A DNA stretch of 64,000 nucleotides from contig NZ_CP159837.1 of the NCBI RefSeq assembly GCF_040564635.1, positions 419,801 to 483,800 on the forward strand, given 5' to 3'. The notes under the pieces are model-generated. The model was not told the DNA's origin. It did not search any database and saw nothing but the letters and a program-made list of their open reading frames with translations. Below are positions 9,275 to 18,602 of the stretch, piece by piece (position 1 is the first letter of the stretch; each line of letters starts with the position of its first letter). Made by a program: the position numbers and the translations under genes. The stretch is from Planktothricoides raciborskii GIHE-MW2. Lineage in GTDB: Bacteria; Cyanobacteriota; Cyanobacteriia; Cyanobacteriales; Laspinemataceae.

Positions 9275-9499
9275 GTTTATTGCAGTTTATATAGTTTAAG
9301 TATAACATAAATAATCTCCAGCGATCGCTTGCTTGTGTATTTCTTCCTTGTGTATTTATTATGTAGCTATCCGTGCAGGATGAACTGAACTGTTGAGCAA
9401 CACTCTCTATTTTTGGGAAAGAGAGGCTTGATCGCTTATTTCGCCGTTGTTTTAGGATGGCTATTTACCGATAAAATTGTCTTATTTTTTGAACAAAAA

Positions 9500-9548
9500 A
9501 CACTCGGCAAAATTGGGATAATTTCGCCGAGCGCCTTTTTCTAACATC
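9500..9548 (-). terminator. Rho-independent terminator following the lipoprotein gene
   Basis: Stem CTCGGC...GCCGAG with a T-run (TGTTTTTTG) on the minus strand. Confidence 0.5.
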
Positions 9549-9559
9549 CTAAATCATCA

Positions 9560-10063
9560 TCAATTCAAAATCTGAATAGCATCAACTTGAAAACCACTCC
9601 CACGGGGTAAAGGTTTCCCATCCATACCCATAGGATATTGTTCCATTGGACTTTGGGGGACATACGGTTGTGCTTCGATAAAATAGCCTTCAAATTGCAC
9701 CCTTTGACCCTCATAATCTGCAAAACTTTCCCAGTCTACCGCATCAGAACCGCGTAAAATTACCCCTTCCTCAGCGGAACGTTCTGCTATTTCCGTATCT
9801 CCTACATCTAGGACGAAATAATCACCGCCTCCCGCGTTCCAAGACTCATAGCTTTTATTCCAAGATTTGCGAATAACCACACCTGTTAATGTCACCTGTT
9901 CTCCTTTGATTTCTGGAGTATTTTGTTGCATATTTATTTCGGCTGATTCATTGTTCGTTTGCCCATTTTTGGTTTCCCCGGTAACGGGGCTGGAACACCC
10001 TAGTAAATTACCGAAAAATAGGAAGGCGATCGCTAATCCTGTCAAGCTGATTTTTCTCATCAT
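9560..10063 (-). CDS. Secreted lipoprotein, hypothetical
   Basis: Signal peptide plus lipobox 'AFLFFGNLLGCSS'. The ORF extends to 10081, but the start is probably the MMRK at about 10063. Confidence 0.55.
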   Translation of the reverse strand: MMRKISLTGLAIAFLFFGNLLGCSSPVTGETKNGQTNNESAEINMQQNTPEIKGEQVTLTGVVIRKSWNKSYESWNAGGGDYFVLDVGDTEIAERSAEEGVILRGSDAVDWESFADYEGQRVQFEGYFIEAQPYVPQSPMEQYPMGMDGKPLPRGSGFQVDAIQILN

Positions 10064-10170
10064 ATATTCCTTTATATCCATATTACAGTAACCGAGAAAC
10101 CGGGTTTTTTTACCTAAGAAGACAACTTATTCGATCGCCCAGACCAGAAACCCGGTTTCTTGAGGAATTA

Positions 10171-13100
10171 TTACACGCTAACTCCTTCTATTTCGTCCTC
10201 GGTTAAATCATATAAAGCCCGCAGCTTCTCTAATTTTTCCTCGGACGGATGCCAAAATCCTCGCCCGTGGGCTTCTAACATTCGTCCGATAATATTCCGA
10301 AAAGCTTCCGGGTTAGACTTGCGTAATTTAGCCGCCATTTCTGGGTCTAAAGCATAAGTTTCGGCGGATTGATCGTAAACCCATGATTCTTGAAAATCTA
10401 CGGTTCCTCCCCAACCAATTAAAGCAGTCATCCGCTGGGATATTTCATAAGCCCCACCTGACCCTTGATTGGCCATTGCATCCGCCCATTTAGGGTTTAA
10501 TAATTTGGTACGATATTCTAACCGTAACAAGTCGTCTAAATTTCGGGGATTGGTATCTTTAGAAAAGCTTTCCACAAAACTAGCTTTGACTTTTTTGCCG
10601 CTTTGTTTTTCCGCTGCCCGTTTTAAACCTCCCGTGTTGGCATAATATTCTTGGATATCTGTTAAACCATATTCTACCGAGTCGATTTGTTGCACAATGC
10701 GATCGCTCGTTTTTAACAACTCTGCCATCACTTCTGGTCGGGCTTGACCTTTATCTTTACGGCCATAACTAAACATATTCCGACTTTCCCAAGTCTTTGC
10801 CAACTCATCGCCATTTTCCCAACTCCCATCAACTACTTGGTCATTAACCAAAGACCCAAAATCACCGGCAGGATTAGAAAATAATCGCGCCGAAACATTC
10901 TCAACTCCCTTCGCTTTTAAAGCTAAAGCGTGTTTGCGAATAAAGTTATGTTCTTCCGGTTCATCAGCCTCCGCTGCCCGCAAAAATAAGTCATCCAACA
11001 ATTCAATAATATTCACAAAACTATCCCGGAAAATACCCGAAAGATTTGCTAATACATCAATCCGAGGATGTCCCACTTCCGCTAAAGGTTTTAACTCATA
11101 ACGCACAATGCGTCCGGTTCCTTCTTTCAGTGGTTCTGCCCCCACTAATTCTAACAGAATTCCCAAGGATTCTCCTTTAGTCTTAATCGCATCTAAACCC
11201 CACAACATCACCGCCACGGTTTCGGGATATTGCCCATTTTCTTGCACATTTTGGGCAATAATTTTTTTGGCAATTTCTCGACCCCGTTCATAAGCTGCGG
11301 GGGACGGCATTCGATAAGGATCTAAAGCATGAATATTCCGTCCGGTGGGCAAAACTCCCGGCCCATCGCGCAATAAATCTCCTCCTGGGGCTGGGGGAAT
11401 ATATTCCCCATTTAAACCACGGAGTAAATTAGTCATTTCATCGGTAGTTTGCATTAACAAATCCTGAATTTGCGTCACTGTCCCCGATTTTTCTGGTTCG
11501 GCTGAATTGGGTGATTGATTTTCCCCAAAATAGGCATCTAAATAAGATTTTAATTGGTCTGGTTCTGGGGGTTGCCCTAAAATATGTAACCCAGAAGAAA
11601 ATAGCCGTTGTTCTACCACTTGGAGGTATTCATACACTTGGATAAAATAGTTACGCAAAACTTCCATGCTAAACATTCGGGCATTTTCTACGGTGAATTC
11701 AATGCCTAATTTCTTCGCTTCCGGTAAGGGGCGATCGCTGTCTAAACCCGTATCCACAATTTTTTGACAAATGGCTTCTTGTAACGCAGAATTTTTTTGC
11801 GGGTCTTCCCGATATTCAGCGATTAAATCCCGTAGGGTAATCAATTCTTTATATAACCCAGCCCGTCCATAGGGGGGAACATTGTGAGAAATTAATACCC
11901 CATAACCGCGCCGTTTAGCTAAAATAGATTCTGAGGGATTATTCGCCGCATAGATATATAAATTGGGCAGATTTCCTAATAAAATATCTGACCAAGAATA
12001 GCCCGTATTGCCTAACGGAGATCCGGGCAGCCATTCCACCGTTCCGTGCATCCCAAAGTGAACGATCGCATGAGGTTGAAACTCATTTTGTAGCCATTTA
12101 TAAAATGCCGCATATTGAGGATGCGGGGTCATATCCCGTTCAAACATTAACCGCATAGGGTCGCCGGAAATTCCTAAAGGTGGTTGCACCCCAATCCAGA
12201 TATTTCCTAAGTGAATGCCGCCAATTTGAAATTGGTCATCATAAGTTTTAATCCCCGTATCGGTCAAAGATTTCCATTGTTTTTCGATCCGGGTTGTCAG
12301 CAGGTAGCCTAACCATTTTTCTAAGCTTTTAACGTTGACTGTGGTGGTGAGATTACCCATTTTTTTGCGATTAGCAGAAAAGGATTGACCTTCAGAAGCG
12401 ATCGCCTCATCTGCTTCTTTCACTTGGCGAATAATTTCTTCCCCATCTTCCGGTAAATCACCCACCGTATAACCTTGGTTTTTCAGGGCATTTAATAAGT
12501 TTAGTAAACTGCGAGGGACATTTAATAAAGCAGCGGTTCCCGTTGCCCCATAACCCGGAGGAAATCCGTATAAAATTATGGCAACTTTTCTTTTTGATGG
12601 CGGAGTTTGGCGCAAATTCACCCAGTTTTTTATCCGTCCCGTTAACCGCTGTACACGGTCGGGAATTAGATAGATATTTTCACCGACTAAACCCCCCAAG
12701 GGAATAGTATCAATTGCCCCATCTAACTCTGGTAAAGCATATAAAACCACACTTTGTAAACCACCAATTCCTTGCCGCGTCCAAGAATGGATATCTTGAA
12801 TCAGTAATGGGGCAGCAATGATATAAGGAATATTTTTGGCGGTGAGAATTTTTTGGGCAATTTCTATTTGTCTGCCTGCTTCCATTGAACCGGCTGGGCC
12901 ACCGACTAAAGGAAAGCCAATGGTAGAAACAATCGTATCCACTTCTACCGCTTCTGGGGAAAGAGAAGGAATAGAAATATTACCTTGTTTGCGTTGCCTT
13001 TGTTCATAACTCGTGGTCATCCAATCCCGGACAGCGACATGACCTTCTACCCCATTAATAAAAATAGGAACGGGAACAAGTCCCCCTTGTTCAAACTGAT

Positions 13101-13902
13101 GAATTAGTTGGGGAATATAGGGCTGTTTGGTAATGACGTGCTTGCGATAAAGTAAAATGCCGACAACCGGCTTTTTCTTAGTTGGGCTAGTTTCGGTTTC
13201 GGGGATTTCCCAGAGACGAAAACCAGGGCGAGAAAAATACCATTCTAAATATTGCCGGGGTGATTCAAAATATCCCTCTAATTCTGGGTGAAGTAAGCCC
13301 ATGTTTGGGGTTTCTTGGGGTGGGGGTATTTCCCCCACGGTTAAACCGAGATATTTTTCCGCTAATGTCCAACACATTGCGGCAACATTTTCTATGCCCC
13401 CGGCATTCCAGTATCCGTAAATAATTAGCCAGTTGCGTAAGTCTTGGACTTTACCAATGGGGATAAATTTTAGCAGTTTTGGCCCAGTTTTGAGGAAGCT
13501 AATATATCCCGCGAGTTTGTCTTCTTCTCTGCCACTAGAGAATTTGCTGAGGATAAATTGTACGGGTTTGGGCATTCCTTTGGGTTTGTCCCCAATGACA
13601 AATTTGCCCAATTGGGTCAGGGCCATTAATTCTAAGGCTGATTCAAAAATTAAGCGGATAGGAATGTTTTGTGCTCGTTCTCGCAGCCATAAAACTTGTT
13701 CATAGTCGAAAATTAAGCTGGCAAAGAATACGTCCGCCCCTTTTAACGCAGTTTCGACTGCGGTTGGATCGGTGGTAATGTCGCGATCGCAGAATACCCG
13801 GATTTCCAGGTCAGGACAGCGAGAAGTCGCTATCTGGGCGGCTTTGCGGTACAGATCCGCGTTAAAGGCTTCAAATCCAGTGATTAATACAATGCGTTTC
13901 AT
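10171..13902 (-). CDS. chlH: Magnesium chelatase subunit H (ChlH; CobN/Mg-chelatase family)
   Basis: 1243 aa counted from the 'MKRIVLITGFEAF' start. 'ADVFFASLIFDYE' is similar to Synechocystis ChlH, and the CobN motif '...HFGMHGTVEWLPG' is present. The 88-codon N-terminal extension in the ORF track runs through a repeat element and is an artifact. Confidence 0.9.
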   Translation of the reverse strand: MKRIVLITGFEAFNADLYRKAAQIATSRCPDLEIRVFCDRDITTDPTAVETALKGADVFFASLIFDYEQVLWLRERAQNIPIRLIFESALELMALTQLGKFVIGDKPKGMPKPVQFILSKFSSGREEDKLAGYISFLKTGPKLLKFIPIGKVQDLRNWLIIYGYWNAGGIENVAAMCWTLAEKYLGLTVGEIPPPQETPNMGLLHPELEGYFESPRQYLEWYFSRPGFRLWEIPETETSPTKKKPVVGILLYRKHVITKQPYIPQLIHQFEQGGLVPVPIFINGVEGHVAVRDWMTTSYEQRQRKQGNISIPSLSPEAVEVDTIVSTIGFPLVGGPAGSMEAGRQIEIAQKILTAKNIPYIIAAPLLIQDIHSWTRQGIGGLQSVVLYALPELDGAIDTIPLGGLVGENIYLIPDRVQRLTGRIKNWVNLRQTPPSKRKVAIILYGFPPGYGATGTAALLNVPRSLLNLLNALKNQGYTVGDLPEDGEEIIRQVKEADEAIASEGQSFSANRKKMGNLTTTVNVKSLEKWLGYLLTTRIEKQWKSLTDTGIKTYDDQFQIGGIHLGNIWIGVQPPLGISGDPMRLMFERDMTPHPQYAAFYKWLQNEFQPHAIVHFGMHGTVEWLPGSPLGNTGYSWSDILLGNLPNLYIYAANNPSESILAKRRGYGVLISHNVPPYGRAGLYKELITLRDLIAEYREDPQKNSALQEAICQKIVDTGLDSDRPLPEAKKLGIEFTVENARMFSMEVLRNYFIQVYEYLQVVEQRLFSSGLHILGQPPEPDQLKSYLDAYFGENQSPNSAEPEKSGTVTQIQDLLMQTTDEMTNLLRGLNGEYIPPAPGGDLLRDGPGVLPTGRNIHALDPYRMPSPAAYERGREIAKKIIAQNVQENGQYPETVAVMLWGLDAIKTKGESLGILLELVGAEPLKEGTGRIVRYELKPLAEVGHPRIDVLANLSGIFRDSFVNIIELLDDLFLRAAEADEPEEHNFIRKHALALKAKGVENVSARLFSNPAGDFGSLVNDQVVDGSWENGDELAKTWESRNMFSYGRKDKGQARPEVMAELLKTSDRIVQQIDSVEYGLTDIQEYYANTGGLKRAAEKQSGKKVKASFVESFSKDTNPRNLDDLLRLEYRTKLLNPKWADAMANQGSGGAYEISQRMTALIGWGGTVDFQESWVYDQSAETYALDPEMAAKLRKSNPEAFRNIIGRMLEAHGRGFWHPSEEKLEKLRALYDLTEDEIEGVSV

Positions 13903-13924
13903 AGATCGAGTCGATAGGTTTATC

Positions 13925-14540
13925 TCGATCTTAGGCTGATTTTTCGATTTCGGGGTGAGAATTTTTGAACCACAGAGACACAGAGGACACAAAGGAGGGT
14001 TTGTGGGGGCGATCGCGCTTACCAAAGAAACCCGTTTTCTCGCTTCGGCTTTCCAAGAAACCGGGTTTCTTAACACTATCTCTACTAGAAAATCAAAGTT
14101 ATGACAGAAACCCGGTTTCTGGGCGATCGCCTTGTGGCATCGGTGGTAGATCATCGGGTATTTCAAGATTTTTTAAGCTGGCAACAGCAGCGTCAAAAAT
14201 CTTCAATTGCTGATGCTTTTGCTGATTTGCGTAATCTATGTGCCGAGGAAGATTATCTGCTGGAAATTCCCCAGCGCGAAAACCGAGAATTTATTAGTTA
14301 ATCCTTTTTTGAGCGATTCTAATTGATGGGAATTTCAATTTTTTCGGTTTCGGGGTGAGAATTTTTGAACCACAAAGACACAGAGGACACAAAGGAGGAT
14401 TGGTGGTGGCGATCGCGCTTACCAAAGAAACCCGTTTTCTCGCTTCGGCTTTCCAAGAAACCGGGTTTCTTAACACTATCTCTACTAGAAAATAAAAGTT
14501 ATTGCAGAAACCCGGTTTCTGATCCCTTTAGGTTCTGGGG
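13925..14540. repeat. Two tandem copies (13925-14140 and 14325-14540, period about 400 bp) of a roughly 215-bp element. Each copy carries three AGAAACC(C/G)GGTTTCT palindromes.
   Basis: Near-identical sequence 'ttcgatttcggggtgagaatttttgaaccaca[g/a]agacacagaggacacaaaggagg...ccaaagaaacccgttttctcgcttcggctttccaagaaaccgggtttcttaacactatctctactagaaaa...'. Confidence 0.9.
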
Positions 14541-14649
14541 AAAGGAGAAAATAGGCGATCGCCATTAATGATTACTCTTTAACTCGAATCCTGTAAATAC
14601 AATTAGTAATTTTCCCTGGTAGTGTTCTCACCAATTGTGTAAGGATAAA

Positions 14650-14755
14650 TAGTCAATTAACCTAGCCATTAAATTATGAAATCGCCTAAAACGAAAACTT
14701 CATAACCGGCATCCCGCAGAATTTTGACAATCGAGTTAGGAACGCATCGATCGAT
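14650..14755 (-). pseudogene. Truncated DUF5615 (PIN-like) gene fragment
   Basis: Minus-strand translation MSLRFFIDRCVPNSIVKILRDAGYEVFVLGDFII*. This matches the N-terminus of DUF5615 proteins, the usual partner of DUF433, but stops after 34 codons. Confidence 0.4.
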
Positions 14756-14769
14756 AAAAAATCTTAAAC

Positions 14770-14990
14770 TCATTAGGCGGCTGTTTCAAAATCTGATAAA
14801 TCGCGAGCATAATCAAGACAAGCATGGATTTGTTCTTTGATTAAGTCGGGAAATTCTTGAATAATTTCTTCTACGGTATTTCCTGATGCTAAATAACCTA
14901 AAATCAAACTAACGGGAATTCTGGTTCCTTAGATTGTTGGTTTACCTCGGAGTATATCAGGCGTAGTGACAATATGTTCTCTCCATTTTA
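14770..14990 (-). pseudogene. DUF433 gene disrupted by a premature stop (copy 1 of a duplicated segment)
   Basis: Minus-strand translation MPVKWREHIVTTPDILRGKPTI*GTRIPVSLILGYLASGNTVEEIIQEFPDLIKEQIHACLDYARDL. This is the DUF433 signature with an in-frame TAA. Confidence 0.45.
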
Positions 14991-15115
14991 CGGGCATAAC
15001 TTTTTTTGGCTAAACCGACAATTTATATTTTAAAAGAGAAATGGTGAGATGGCTGGGGACGAGGCTAAAAAAATAGCGATCGCGCTTTTGGGGGGGGCGA
15101 TCGCGAGGCTTTTGG
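14820..15115. repeat. Copy 1 of a roughly 270-bp direct repeat. Copy 2 is at 16455-16720. Together they bracket a 1.3-kb TA-like islet.
   Basis: The two copies share near-identical 'aataatttcttctacggtatttcctgatgctaaataacctaaaatcaaactaacgggaattctggttcc...ggctaaaccgacaatttatattttaa...agaaatggtgagatggctggggacgaggctaaaaaaatagcgatcgcgcttttggggggggcgatcgcg'. Confidence 0.85.
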
Positions 15116-15258
15116 GATGGGGGGATGAGAGAGCGATCTCGACAAAATAGTAAAATAAGCTTAACATTTGAAAAGTGAAAATTAGGTGATGTTTACGCTC
15201 GACTTGACGGTGTTTTCGCGTAAGTTATAATCAATAGGGTAAGTTATAATCAAGATCA

Positions 15259-15474
15259 ATGTGTCTGGCTAATCTCATAATGACTACACAATCTGCTTCG
15301 CGTTATGTCGCACGTTACCCTGACATTTTGCACGGGGAACCAATTATCGCAGAAATGATAACTTCGGTTCGTGCGATCGGGGAATTGTGGCGTTTAGGTA
15401 TTATTTCTGAAGAAATCTTGATGCACTTACCTCATCTGAAATTAGCTCAAATTTTTGACGCACTGAGCTTTTAA
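15259..15474 (+). CDS. DUF433 domain protein (intact)
   Basis: 'YPDILHGEPIIAEMITSVRAIGELWRLGIISEEILMHLPHLKLAQIFDALSF' fits the DUF433 pattern. Confidence 0.6.
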   Translation: MCLANLIMTTQSASRYVARYPDILHGEPIIAEMITSVRAIGELWRLGIISEEILMHLPHLKLAQIFDALSF

Positions 15475-15740
15475 GTAGGTGGGCAGAAATAAATGCACCA
15501 CAGACCAGATCAGAAGAAAAACTGTCATTCCCGCGAAGGCGGGAATCCACAGCCTATCGGCGGGGAACAAAAAGTGCAATTAATTATGTTCACCTACTTA
15601 TTTGGATAACCAGGAAGAAATAAATACTTATATTGACCGCCATCGAATTTCTGAAGACTTGATTCATCCTGCTGTGAAAGCGGCAATGATAAAACCGTGA
15701 AACTATTTGCAACTATTTATACAGATGAATAAAATGTAGT

Positions 15741-16082
15741 ATGAAAATTCCCGCTGATGGCATGATTCCAGATTCTAAAATAACTCGCTATTTGCTCGTT
15801 CAAAGAGAACAGGATGACAAATCAAAATTTCTCGCACAGGCTGGATTTACCCAAGATAACCCCGAACAGTTAATATCTGCCCTGCGTCAATTAGCTGATA
15901 CAGCAGAAGCCGTATAAGACACCACTAACGAATATGGAATTTTCTATCGTGTAGAAGGAGAGTTAATCGGCATTAACAAGAGAAACTTATCGGTAATTAC
16001 AATTTGGCTCAATCGTAAAATAGACGGCAAATTCCAGTTTATCACCCTTAAACCGAAAAAGGAGAAATCAACAAATGTTTGA
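15741..16082 (+). pseudogene. DUF6883-like gene with an in-frame TAA at 15915-15917
   Basis: Translation MKIPADGMIPDSKITRYLLVQREQDDKSKFLAQAGFTQDNPEQLISALRQLADTAEAV*DTTNEYGIFYRVEGELIGINKRNLSVITIWLNRKIDGKFQFITLKPKKEKSTNV*. Both halves match the DUF6883 architecture, and the 3' end overlaps the ATG of the downstream DUF4926 gene. Confidence 0.45.
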
Positions 16083-16320
16083 CCTCTACCAGCGCGTTTC
16101 CTTAAATTGCGATTTTCCCGAACATCACCTCAAAAAAGGCGATGTAGCCACTCTCATTGATTATGTCCCCCATCCGGGGAACGGGGAAGAAGGTGGCGTG
16201 CTAGAAATCTTCAGTGCTACTGGGGAATCAATTGCTGTTGTCATTGTTCCTATTTCTGCAATTAAACCTTTGAGAAATGATGAAATTTTAAGCGTTCGTA
16301 TCCTGGCAGAGGTTTGCTAA
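16075..16320 (+). CDS. DUF4926 domain protein
   Basis: 81-aa protein with the pattern 'LKKGDVATLIDYVPHPGNGEEGGVLEIF'. It is the usual downstream partner of DUF6883. Confidence 0.6.
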   Translation: MFDLYQRVSLNCDFPEHHLKKGDVATLIDYVPHPGNGEEGGVLEIFSATGESIAVVIVPISAIKPLRNDEILSVRILAEVC

Positions 16321-16768
16321 ATCGTGGGTATCGAAGCACGAAGTCTTCCGAGCAATTATCGCGCTTTTTCTGATTTGGCATAGAAGAGGCGGGCTTTGAG
16401 ATGGGGAGATGAGAGAGACGCGATCGCTTGCAAAATTACGATTCATTCACATGAATATAAACCTTAATAATTTCTTCTACGGTATTTCCTGATGCTAAAT
16501 AACCTAAAATCAAACTAACGGGAATTCTGGTTCCTTTGATTCTTGGTTTACCTCGGAGTATATCAGGCGTAGTGACAATATGTTCTCTCCATTTTACGGG
16601 CATAACTTTTTTTGGCTAAACCGACAATTTGTATTTTAACAGAGAAATGGTGAGATGGCTGGGGACGAGGCTAAAAAAATAGCGATCGCGCTTTTGGGGG
16701 GGGCGATCGCGCTTACCAAAGAAACCGGGTTTTTTCACACTCCCAGAAACCGGGTAATTGACGCAAAG

Positions 16769-16934
16769 TTACAGCAATTTTCTCCGCGAGTAAACCACAA
16801 ATACCTGTAGGGGCGTGATCTTTCCGGCAGTGTAGGGGCGAATGGCCATTCGCCCCTACAATACTGAAAATATTACATTAAATACCGCTTGGGCTTCGCC
16901 CTAGCGTGGTTCAGTAATCTGAAAACCGCTGTAA
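16769..16934. repeat. MITE-like element of the GTAGGGGCGAA...TTCGCCCCTAC hairpin family, with terminal inverted repeats TTACAGC...GCTGTAA
   Basis: Related copies lie at 33935-34080, 34310-34580 and 38640-38790. Partial hairpin copies lie at 27400-27460, 39880-39950, 43300-43380 and 46440-46500. Confidence 0.7.
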
Positions 16935-17250
16935 TTCCCCAGAAAAAATTTTACGCCGAAACCCGGTTTTTTTTCATTACGTTATCGCGCAGAAGTGGCG
17001 ATAAGGGCGTGAAGCTAAAGAAAAATTAGCCCGAAAATAGGGGGTAGTATGTAACTACAATAAACAGCAAAAATTGATCGATACTAGCTTTACAGAATCT
17101 TTTGCCAAAAAATAGAAACCAGGTTTTTTCTTAAAACCTGGTGTCTTTTGTTTAACTGAGGCTAACAGGTAATGAATTTCTTAAACCCCCATCTCTTCGT
17201 GGCAAAACCTTTGATCAGAAATATTTATGATCGTCTGAAGCCTTTATATG

Positions 17251-18369
17251 TTAGAGTTTAGACGCGAGAAAAGAGAAACACACACCACCCCACCCCAACC
17301 CACTCACCCCAATAACCAACAAAGCCAGCGGCAAGTGACCGTGTAGTGCATTTGTAGTAAAAGTGTAGTCAGAGTAGCTCAACCAGCTTCCTCCTTTTCG
17401 CCAGCCCACGGTATCGCCTAATTTACACCAAGCATCATCATTATACTCCCCAGGAGTACCGCCGCACTGTTCCACAAAGATTTTTTTCTGCACAGAGAAG
17501 CCAAATTTACCATTACTATATTTTACCCAGAGAGCGTCAATAATTTTTAACTCCTCACGGGGGAAGTTTCTACAGTTATCTTCTGTTAACCAACCTTCGC
17601 TTTCTCGCCCCATAATTTTACACATAACCCTGCGAGTTTCCTCATCAGCTTTGCGCCATTCTCCCTTGGCTAAAAATTGAGCTAATTGAGGAAATTTAGC
17701 CTCAGCTTCTCGTTGTTTACGCTCCTCCTCTGCTTTTTGACGGGCTTCTTTTGCTTCCTTATGTTGACGCTCTTTTTCATCTGCACGTTTACGGGCTTCT
17801 TCTGCTTCCTTACGTTGACGCTCTTTTTCAGCTTCAGCACGTTGACGGGCTTCTTCTGCTTCCCGTTGTTTACGTTTTTCTTCTTCCTGACGGAGTTTAT
17901 TATTCCATTCCCGTTGTAAATCAGTCAATTTCTGACTGGGAAATCCTAATGTAACGGCTTGATTATAATTAGCTAAAGCCATCTCATAATTCTTTAATTT
18001 TAGATAAGCATCTCCCCGTAAATCGTGAAATTCTGCTCGTTGGGGTTGTAAAGTAGTGGCTTTATCTAAATCGGCGATCGCATTTTGATAATTTTGTAAG
18101 CCATAATAAGCTATAGCACGTTGGTAATAGGCATCAGCTTGGGGGTTGAGTTTAATAGTGCGATCAAAATCAATGCGAGCAAAATCATAGCGTTTTGCTT
18201 GTAAATGCTCTAAACCACGCTGATAACAGGTTAGAGCAATATTGAGAAAACGAGTTTCACCCAAGTCTTGTAATAATTTATTAAGAGCATTGACGAAATC
18301 AGCATCTTCTGGTAAGAGATTTTTGCTAATTTCAGTAACAAGCTCGTCTCTAGTAAGTTGATTTGTCAT
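17251..18369 (-). CDS. TPR-repeat + coiled-coil + C-terminal GUN4-like domain protein
   Basis: TPR repeats are present ('AYYQRAIAYYGLQNYQNAIADLDKA'). A charged Arg/Glu/Lys-rich coiled-coil segment follows ('EEEKRKQREAEEARQRAEAEKERQRKEAEEARKRADEKERQHKEAKEARQKAEEERKQREAE'). The GUN4 signature is 'CRNFPREELKIIDALWVKYSNGKFGFSVQKKIF'. The start is at MTNQ (18369), preceded by GGAGG. Confidence 0.75.
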   Translation of the reverse strand: MTNQLTRDELVTEISKNLLPEDADFVNALNKLLQDLGETRFLNIALTCYQRGLEHLQAKRYDFARIDFDRTIKLNPQADAYYQRAIAYYGLQNYQNAIADLDKATTLQPQRAEFHDLRGDAYLKLKNYEMALANYNQAVTLGFPSQKLTDLQREWNNKLRQEEEKRKQREAEEARQRAEAEKERQRKEAEEARKRADEKERQHKEAKEARQKAEEERKQREAEAKFPQLAQFLAKGEWRKADEETRRVMCKIMGRESEGWLTEDNCRNFPREELKIIDALWVKYSNGKFGFSVQKKIFVEQCGGTPGEYNDDAWCKLGDTVGWRKGGSWLSYSDYTFTTNALHGHLPLALLVIGVSGLGWGGVCFSFLASKL

Positions 18370-18407
18370 TTTTAACCTCCAAGGTTTTTTGATTTTCAAA
18401 GATTAAG

Positions 18408-18602
18408 CTTTTTTCAGTAGGTTGGGTTGAATGAAATGAAACCCAACATCATTAATTTTTGAGGATTGATTTATGATTCATTTTTGGTGGGTGTTGGGTT
18501 GTGAGATATGCCCGAATTGTAGGTTGGGTTGAATGAAATGAAACCCAACATCATTAATTTTTGGTGGGTGTTGGGTTGCGCTACGCTTAACCCAACCTAC
18601 TA
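18408..18602. repeat. Two tandem MITE-like palindromic elements (GTAGGTTGGGTTGAA...TTAACCCAACCTAC) abutting the 3' end of gene 18600..20003
   Basis: Internal inverted repeats 'aggttgggtt...aaacccaac...gtgttgggtt...aacccaacct'. The same element pair occurs again at 20030-20226. Confidence 0.8.

Noticed and set aside
10081-10170. Palindromes downstream of chlH as a canonical rho-independent terminator
   Set aside because: The AGAAACCCGGTTTCT core gives only a 6-7-bp AT-rich stem with a 3-nt loop, and a T-run is not always present. It may contribute to termination in some copies, but the element is better described as a dispersed repeat.
13903-14166. 88-codon N-terminal extension of the ChlH ORF in the six-frame track
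   Set aside because: The extension runs through a duplicated palindrome-bearing repeat element. Its peptide motif recurs as a free-standing ORF in the second repeat copy (14294..14476). The canonical ChlH N-terminus (MKRIVLITGFEAF) starts at 13902.
17686-17954. ORFs 17686..17919 and 17751..17954 (+) within the TPR-GUN4 gene
   Set aside because: They are antisense to the K/E/R-rich coiled-coil coding repeats. Their peptides are low-complexity F/L-rich strings.
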